DNA of 4,555 nucleotides from a virus (Duplodnaviria; Heunggongvirae; Uroviricota; Caudoviricetes): IMG/VR virus record IMGVR_UViG_2740892270_000009; one strand, 5' to 3'. Shown piece by piece: positions 1 to 4,555 of this stretch (position 1 is its first letter; each line of letters starts with the position of its first letter). The notes under the pieces were generated by a model. It saw only the letters and a program-made list of their open reading frames with translations, ran no database searches and was not told where the DNA came from. The position numbers and the translations under genes were made by a program.

Positions 1-1
1 G

Positions 2-88
2 GGACGGAAGTCGCTGTCGTTCTCAAAATCGGTGGAGCTGCATGACAAAGTCATCGGGCATTATCTGAACATAAAACACTATCAATAA
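2..88 (+). CDS. insB: IS1 transposase InsB, C-terminal fragment (5' end outside window)
   Basis: Frame starting at position 2 translates to GRKSLSFSKSVELHDKVIGHYLNIKHYQ followed by TAA at 86..88, which matches the remembered InsB C-terminus. Confidence 0.85.
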   Translation, partial: GRKSLSFSKSVELHDKVIGHYLNIKHYQ

Positions 89-103
89 GTTGGAGTCATT
101 ACC
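81..103. repeat. IS1 terminal inverted repeat (right end, IRR)
   Basis: atcaataagttggagtcattacc is the last 23 bp of the IS1 match. Its reverse complement ggtaatgactccaacttattgat is at 4453..4475. Confidence 0.8.
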
Positions 104-443
104 CGTTAAAACATCTGCAGATAATGACGTTGACTTGGATACAGATGGATTCAGACAACTGAGGATATCGTGCCCATCCCCTTCTGCCAGCGGTGCGATT
201 ATATTGAGAAAAGCTTCTTATGAATTCGGCAAAAGTATAGGTGTATTTGATTTTGCAAACAATGCATCACCAGCGACGATGACATTTTTGATCCCAATAT
301 ATAAAGATGATGATTTTGATTCAGATACTGTTGGTTTTACATTTGCGTTCAAGATGCCAAGAGGCCAGTTTTTTGTAGATGTAAAAGAAAACGGGAATAT
401 CAGAGCTGGAGTTAATGTTAATGGCGAGTCGGGAGTGACCTAC
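104..443 (+). CDS. AT-rich open-frame fragment of unknown function, probably a 5'-truncated gene remnant; not recognisably phage baseplate or IS1
   Basis: Single open frame (frame of position 90) across all 340 visible bases, with no minus-strand ORF of 66 aa or more. By hand count it is about 40% GC against roughly mid-50s% in the phage genes. Translation is Asp-rich (DNDVDLDTDGF, YKDDDFDSDTVGF) and ends ...VNVNGESGVTY. The first in-frame ATG is at 279 with no Shine-Dalgarno, and the frame opens inside IS1, so the start appears to be missing. The 3' end runs into the mask. Confidence 0.3.
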
Positions 444-853
444 NNNNNNNNNNNNNNNNNNNNNNNNNNNNNNNNNNNNNNNNNNNNNNNNNNNNNNNNN
501 NNNNNNNNNNNNNNNNNNNNNNNNNNNNNNNNNNNNNNNNNNNNNNNNNNNNNNNNNNNNNNNNNNNNNNNNNNNNNNNNNNNNNNNNNNNNNNNNNNNN
601 NNNNNNNNNNNNNNNNNNNNNNNNNNNNNNNNNNNNNNNNNNNNNNNNNNNNNNNNNNNNNNNNNNNNNNNNNNNNNNNNNNNNNNNNNNNNNNNAANNN
701 NNNNNNNNNNNNNNNNNNNNNNNNNNNNNNNNNNNNNNNNNNNNNNNNNNNNNNNNNNNNNNNNNNNNNNNNNNNNNNNNNNNNNNNNNNNNNNNNNNNN
801 NNNNNNNNNNNNNNNNNNNNNNNNNNNNNNNNNNNNNNNNNNNNNNNNNNNNN
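444..853. other. Masked interval of N bases (410 positions; only 696..697 'aa' is called)
   Basis: Run of n characters with no interpretable sequence. It hides the junction between the AT-rich fragment and the N-like gene, including that gene's start. Confidence 1.
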
Positions 854-854
854 T

Positions 855-1841
855 GTTGAGAGCGGGGAACTGTCATTTCCGGTCGCCGGAGCTGCAACCG
901 CCAGAAAACTGGAGGAGTCGTCCGTATTCCTGGATGAGTTGATTGAAGACATGTTCGGCGATTTTGATCTCGCGGGAATACCGGACTTTATTCAGAACGA
1001 TGTTATTGCCCGGACGACCGATATGCTGGGAACCGTTCAGACAGCTTTCAAAATGGTTAATTCGGCTGTTTCTGCCGGAGCGAGACTACTGCAGGGCGAT
1101 TTATCCGTCATTCTGATGCCGCCGTCGGTTGCCAGTGATTTTGTGCATACGTTGCAGGATACCTGGCGGGCCGGAACCCGGCTGGTGGATAACACACAGG
1201 ATCTGGTGCAGTCCATAACGACAATGTCCGGCATTACGCTGGACCCAGGACTGGCACCGCGTGCGGTGTGGCCCACAGATTCCGCATCGGTTATCAGGCA
1301 AAAACAGCAGACAAACCTTGTGGCTGCTGTCATCCGGACGACGGCAATCAGCGAAGCCACAAGGGCGGTCACTTCACTGCCACAACCCGGAAGCCTGGTG
1401 AAAAATCAGCAGGCGGTTGTGGCTGTTGGTGGTTCCACTGAACGTCAGTCCGATATTATTCACGTTTCTCATCCGGCACTTGACAGCGTGGCAGCCAGCA
1501 CAGGACAGGATGAGAGAGCGCAACCACCCACGCGGGAAAATCTCACCATCATACGCAAATCGCTGAACGCGGCGATTGAACAGGAGCTCAGGCGTACGGC
1601 GGATGACAGGCTGTTTTTTCAGCTGACGTCATTACGTACAGAACTGAACCGGGATATTCAGGCGCGTCTGGTTCAGACGGAGGAAACCGCAGAGCGAACG
1701 CCAGCGGAAGTTCTGCCTGCGCTTGTTCTGGCTGCGTCATGGTACGACGATGCGTCCCGTGAAACTGATATCCTGGATCGAAATGCCATCTCTCATCCGG
1801 GCTTTGTTCCGGTCAGGGCATTAAGGGTACCCGTCAGATGA
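855..1841 (+). CDS. Phage Mu gpN (gp43)-like DNA circularisation / tail protein, visible C-terminal 328 codons; true start hidden in the 444..853 mask
   Basis: Long open frame with uniform GC-rich codon usage ending at TGA 1839..1841, which overlaps the ATG of the next gene (ATGA). It sits immediately upstream of P/Q/gp46/gp47 homologues, the position of N in Mu-like tail modules. The family call rests on gene order and general character; I did not run a search. Confidence 0.55.
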   Translation, partial: VESGELSFPVAGAATARKLEESSVFLDELIEDMFGDFDLAGIPDFIQNDVIARTTDMLGTVQTAFKMVNSAVSAGARLLQGDLSVILMPPSVASDFVHTLQDTWRAGTRLVDNTQDLVQSITTMSGITLDPGLAPRAVWPTDSASVIRQKQQTNLVAAVIRTTAISEATRAVTSLPQPGSLVKNQQAVVAVGGSTERQSDIIHVSHPALDSVAASTGQDERAQPPTRENLTIIRKSLNAAIEQELRRTADDRLFFQLTSLRTELNRDIQARLVQTEETAERTPAEVLPALVLAASWYDDASRETDILDRNAISHPGFVPVRALRVPVR

Positions 1842-2925
1842 ATGATACCGTTTTACTTCGGGTTTCCGGTCGCGAATGGGGCGGCTGGACATCCGTCCGT
1901 ATCAGTGCGGGCATTAACCGTATTGCCCGGGATTTTAATGTTGCCATTACCACCCGCTGGCCCGGAAGCCGGGATTATCAACCCCGGATAAAAAATGGTG
2001 AGCTGGTTGAAGTGCTTATCGGGGATGAGCCTGTGCTCACCGGATATGTGGAGGCACTACCNNNNNNNNNNNNNNNNNNNNNNNNNNNNNNNNNNNNNNN
2101 NNNNNNNNNNNNNNNNNNNNNNNNNNNNNNNNNNNNNNNNNNNNNNNNNNNNNNNNNNNNNNNNNNNNNNNNNNNNNNNNNNNNNNNNNNNNNNNNNNNN
2201 NNNNNNNNNNNNNNNNNNNNNNNNNNNNNNNNNNNNNNNNNNNNNNNNNNNNNNNNNNNNNNNNNNNNNNNNNNNNNNNNNNNNNNNNNNNNNNNNNNNN
2301 NNNNNNNNNNNNNGTTCAGACGCTGGCTTATGACGATGAATGCGGGCGACTGGTTCTGGGAAAACCCGGAACAGGTAAAGCGGCGACGGCGCTGGTGCTG
2401 GTGCTGGGAGAGAATATTCTTTCCTGTGACACGGAAAGAAGCATCAGAGAGCGGTTTTCTGAATATCAGGTCAGTGGGCAGCGCCCGGGCAACGACGATG
2501 ATTTTGGTGAGGCCACCATTGCCGCAATACGTCAGACCATTCAGGACAGTGGCGTGACCCGTTATCGCCCTTTGTTGATTCAGCAGTCAGGCACAGCAAC
2601 GACAGCAACCTGTAAGGCCCGTTGTGAATTTGAAGCGCGCCAACGGGCTGCGCTTACCCGTGAGACAACATATACGGTTCAGGGCTGGCGGCAGGGCAGT
2701 GGCGCGTTATGGCGTCCGGGGTTATCTGTCATCGTTTTCGACCCGCTGAATAATTTTGATAATGATGAACTGGTGATCGCAGAAGTTACCTATAACCAGG
2801 ACGACCGGGGCACGACGACTGAATTACGGGTTGGCCCGGCAGATGCTTATCTCCCCGAGCCTGTTACCGCCAGGAAGAAAAAAATGTTGAGGAGGATTTC
2901 TGATGAACGGGTTTTCTCTTCGTAA
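1838..2925 (+). CDS. Mu P (gp44) / P2 gpD-like baseplate hub protein, with an apparent frame discontinuity across the 2062..2313 mask (possible pseudogene)
   Basis: N-terminal part MNDTVLLRVSGREWGGWTSVRISAGINRIARDFNVAITTRWPGSRDYQPRIKNGELVEVLIGDEPVLTGYVEAL is in frame 2 (1838..2061). The C-terminal part VQTLAYDDECGRLVLGKPG...DELVIAEVTYNQDDRGTTTELRVGPADAYLPEPVTARKKKMLRRISDERVFSS is in frame 1 (2314..2925, stop TAA 2923..2925). Summed length of about 362 codons fits a hub protein as I remember it. The mask is 252 nt, a multiple of 3, so the two parts do not join in frame as written. Confidence 0.6.
2062..2313. other. Masked interval of N bases (252 positions) inside the hub gene
   Basis: Run of n characters. 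Confidence 1.
2889..2895 (+). promoter_or_regulatory. Shine-Dalgarno sequence (GAGGAGG) for the spike gene
   Basis: gaggagg lies 7 nt upstream of the ATG at 2903, inside the 3' end of the hub gene. Confidence 0.5.
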
Positions 2926-3487
2926 TCTGATTTCCCGGGCTGTCATCACGGCGGTGGATTCCGCCAGAAAGTGTCAGTCTGTAGGGTTGAAAATGATAGC
3001 CGGAGATCAGAAACAACACGTTGAGCACCTTGAACCTTATGGTTTTACATCTGCCGCACAGAACGGTGCTGAGGGCGTTGCTTTATTTCCGGCGGGCGAT
3101 CGTTCTCATGGTGTGGTTGTGGTCGTGGCTGACAGACGTTACCGGCTGAAAGGACTGAAACGTGGGGAAGTGGCGCTTTATGACGATCTGGGACAGTCCG
3201 TTGTCCTGACCCGTTCCGGTATTGNNNNNNNNNNNNNNNNNNNNNNNNNNNNNNNNNNNNNNNNNNNNNNNNNNNNNNNNNNNNNNNNNNNNNNNNNNNN
3301 NNNNNNNNNNNNNNNNNNNNNNNNNNNNNNNNNNNNNNNNNNNNNNNNNNNNNNNNNNNNNNNNNNNNNNNNNNNNNNNNNNNNNNNNNNNNNNNNNNNN
3401 NNNNNNNNNNNNNNNNNNNNNNNNNNNNNNNNNNNNNNNNNNNNNNNNNNNNNNNNNNNNNNNNNNNNNNNNNNNNNNNNNNNNNNN
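2903..3487 (+). CDS. Baseplate spike / assembly protein V family (Mu gp45 / P2 gpV-like); stop codon lies within or just after the 3225..3487 mask
   Basis: ATG at 2903 with a strong upstream SD. Translation MNGFSLRNLISRAVITAVDSARKCQSVGLKMIAGDQKQHVEHLEPYGFTSAAQNGAEGVALFPAGDRSHGVVVVVADRRYRLKGLKRGEVALYDDLGQSVVLTRSGI carries the motifs I associate with gpV-type spikes (PYGF, GDRS, a Val run, RRYR, GEVALYDD). The end coordinate is inferred from the expected length of about 190-200 aa and is not observed. Confidence 0.7.
3225..3487. other. Masked interval of N bases (263 positions) covering the spike C-terminus and the gp46 start
   Basis: Run of n characters. Confidence 1.
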
Positions 3488-3488
3488 G

Positions 3489-3866
3489 ACCGGGGCTTCG
3501 ATCGACCTTCTGACGCGTGCTGTGATTATTTCGCTTTTTACATGGCGGCGTGCCGGGCGTGATGATGCACCACGGATATTTGGATGGTGGGGGGATACCT
3601 GGCCTGCGGTTCAGAATGATCGCACGGGGTCGCGTTTGTATCTGTTGCGACGCAGCAAGCTGACAAATAAAACCCCGCAGCTTGCCAGAGATTATGTCCG
3701 TGAGGCGCTGGCGTGGATGGTGGAGGATGGTGTTGCTTCCCGTCTTGATATTAACGCTGTCCGGACCGGGACAGACTCGCTGGCACTTGCCATTACCATT
3801 TACCAGCGTGACGGCAATATTCACAACATTATTTTTGATGATATCTGGAGTGAACTGAATGGCTGA
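3489..3866 (+). CDS. Phage GP46 family baseplate protein (Mu gp46 / P2 gpW-like), visible 125 codons; start hidden in mask
   Basis: Frame 0 translation TGASIDLLTRAVIISLFTWRRAGRDDAPRIFGWWGDTWPAVQNDRTGSRLYLLRRSKLTNKTPQLARDYVREALAWMVEDGVASRLDINAVRTGTDSLALAITIYQRDGNIHNIIFDDIWSELNG resembles the GP46 family (WWGD, GSRLYLL, EDGVA). TGA stop at 3864..3866 overlaps the ATG of the next gene. Confidence 0.7.
   Translation, partial: TGASIDLLTRAVIISLFTWRRAGRDDAPRIFGWWGDTWPAVQNDRTGSRLYLLRRSKLTNKTPQLARDYVREALAWMVEDGVASRLDINAVRTGTDSLALAITIYQRDGNIHNIIFDDIWSELNG
3846..3851 (+). promoter_or_regulatory. Probable ribosome-binding site for the gp47-like gene
   Basis: tggagt (with GGAG at 3847..3850) lies 8 nt upstream of the ATG at 3859. 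Confidence 0.35.
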
Positions 3867-4452
3867 CAGTCAGTTTTATCGCCCCGGCCTCCCGCAACTT
3901 ATTTCTATGATCCGGAGCGATTTATTAACCCGCTTTGAGCAGGATACGCTGCTTCGTCGTATGGATGCGGAAGTGTATGCCCGTGTACAGGCTGCAGCCG
4001 TACACACGTTGTACGGGTATATCGATTATCTTGCCAGAAATCTGTTACCGGACGTGTGTGATGAAGACTGGCTGTACCGGCACGCCAGAATCAAACGCTG
4101 CCCGCGAAAAGAAGCGGTGGCAGCCCGGGGATTTGTGCGCTGGGATGGCGTAGAGGGGACGCCGGTATTGCCAGCGGGAACGCAGATCCAGCGTGATAAT
4201 CAGGTGACCTTTACCACGACGGCGACGGTGACCGCAGCCGATGGTCTTCTCCGGGTGCCTGTTGTGGCAGACGAACCGGGATCGGCGGGGAATACGGATG
4301 ATGGTATTGCCATGCAACTGGGAACACCCGTCAGTGGTCTGCCGTCCACAGGGTACGCTGACACCATTACAGACGGTGAAGATATTGAAAATCTGGAAAT
4401 ATGGCGTGCCCGCGTTATGGAACGTTATTACTACATTCCACAGGGGGGCGCA
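3859..4452 (+). pseudogene. Baseplate J-like protein (Mu gp47 / P2 gpJ family), 3'-truncated by IS1 after codon 198
   Basis: ATG at 3859 overlaps the gp46 stop (ATGGCTGA). Translation MADSQFYRPGLPQLISMIRSDLLTRFEQDTLLRRMDAEVYARVQAAAVHTLYGYIDYLARNLLPDVCDEDWLYRHARI...YYYIPQGGAGND has the character of a baseplate-J N-terminal region. The frame then runs straight into the IS1 terminus at 4453 and stops at 4531..4533 after 26 IS1-encoded codons. Family members are, from memory, roughly 300-400 aa, so the C-terminal part is missing. Confidence 0.7.
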
Positions 4453-4475
4453 GGTAATGACTCCAACTTATTGAT
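4453..4475. repeat. IS1 terminal inverted repeat (right end, IRR) of the second copy
   Basis: ggtaatgactccaacttattgat is the reverse complement of 81..103. Confidence 0.8.
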
Positions 4476-4554
4476 AGTGTTTTATGTTCAGATAATGCCC
4501 GATGACTTTGTCATGCAGCTCCACCGATTTTGAGAACGACAGCGACTTCCGTCC
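4468..4554 (-). CDS. insB: IS1 transposase InsB, C-terminal fragment (5' end outside window)
   Basis: Mirror image of 2..88: the minus strand encodes ...GRKSLSFSKSVELHDKVIGHYLNIKHYQ with its stop as tta at 4468..4470 on the + strand. Confidence 0.85.
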   Translation of the reverse strand, partial: GRKSLSFSKSVELHDKVIGHYLNIKHYQ

Positions 4555-4555
4555 C

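Larger units (their letters stand above)
1..103 (+). mobile_element. IS1 insertion sequence, terminal 103 bp only (right end; element body lies left of the window)
   Basis: Sequence gggacggaagtcgctgtcgttctcaaaatcggtggagctgcatgacaaag...atcaataagttggagtcattacc matches the 3' end of IS1 as I remember it, ending in the terminal repeat at 103. The identical sequence occurs as a reverse complement at 4453..4555. Confidence 0.93.
4453..4555 (-). mobile_element. IS1 insertion sequence, terminal 103 bp only (right end, inverted relative to the left copy; element body lies right of the window)
   Basis: ggtaatgactccaacttattgatagtg...gagaacgacagcgacttccgtccc is the exact reverse complement of 1..103. 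Confidence 0.93.

Noticed and set aside
114-226. PstI (ctgcag), HindIII (aagctt) and EcoRI (gaattc) sites clustered within about 110 bp, raising the possibility of a cloning-vector polylinker
   Set aside because: The sites are scattered within an open reading frame rather than contiguous, and no vector backbone sequence is evident; most likely chance in AT-rich DNA.
696-697. Isolated 'aa' inside the first N run
   Set aside because: Two called bases carry no interpretable signal; almost certainly a masking or consensus artefact.
1037-1372. Minus-strand ORF of 111 aa (and the nested 66-aa ORF at 1101..1301)
   Set aside because: Entirely antisense to the N-like gene, Cys/Arg-rich with no protein-like character and no start context; typical spurious antisense ORF in GC-rich coding DNA.
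2391-2408. Near-tandem hexamer GCTGGT GCTGGT GCTGGG
   Set aside because: Three copies only, in frame (encodes LVLVLG), and located after the mask, so it does not explain the frame change. Likely incidental.
2314-2557. Frame-2 continuation of ORF 1838..2557 after the mask
   Set aside because: Translation (FRRWLMTMNAGDWFWENPEQVKRRRRWCWCWERIFF...) is implausible as protein, whereas frame 1 over the same bases gives a coherent hub-like sequence. Treated as the wrong frame.
2878-2884. A7 run just upstream of the spike RBS, as a programmed frameshift site
   Set aside because: A shift into the spike frame meets TGA at 2888..2890 straight away, and no known programmed frameshift occurs at this position in Mu or P2 baseplate genes. 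The run just encodes Lys-Lys-Lys near the hub C-terminus.
3488-3562. Post-mask tail of ORF 2903..3562 (DRGFDRPSDACCDYFAFYMAACRA) as the spike C-terminus
   Set aside because: It overlaps the gp46-like gene out of frame and would give a spike of 219 aa. It is more likely that the spike stops inside the mask, though this is not proven.
3045-3824. Minus-strand ORF of 259 aa
   Set aside because: Its length depends on reading through 263 masked bases as sense codons. The visible parts are antisense to the spike and gp46 genes and are Pro/Arg-rich.
3935-4474. Small ORFs nested in the gp47-like gene (3935..4153 +, 4045..4317 -, 4241..4474 +)
   Set aside because: Alternative-frame or antisense ORFs inside a well-supported gene; compositions (Cys/Arg/Trp-rich) look non-coding.
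1-4555. Search for CRISPR repeats, tRNA or rRNA genes and rho-independent terminators
   Set aside because: No repeat-spacer periodicity, no tRNA-like cloverleaf candidates, and no clear GC-rich hairpin followed by a T-run were seen in the visible sequence. The genes are tightly coupled with overlapping stops and starts.

Overview
The window is a 4,349-bp segment bounded by two identical 103-bp IS1 ends in inverted orientation (1..103 on +, 4453..4555 on -), with both IS1 bodies lying outside the window. Between them, on the + strand, is (i) a ~40% GC open-frame fragment (104..443) that abuts the left IS1 and matches nothing I recognise, and (ii) a ~55% GC Mu-like phage baseplate module in canonical order: N-like (gp43), P-like hub (gp44 / P2 gpD), spike (gp45 / gpV), gp46 (gpW-like) and a baseplate-J-like gp47 that is cut off by the right IS1. 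No sheath, tube, tape-measure or tail-fibre genes are present, so this reads as an IS1-disrupted prophage remnant, most plausibly from an IS1-rich Escherichia/Shigella-type genome. About 20% of the window (444..853, 2062..2313, 3225..3487) is N-masked, which hides the N-like gene start, the middle of the hub gene and the spike/gp46 junction. I found no tRNA, rRNA or CRISPR array and no convincing evidence of a novel system; the only piece not explained by IS1 or the phage module is the AT-rich fragment. All family assignments come from reading the translations and from remembered gene order; no database search was run.
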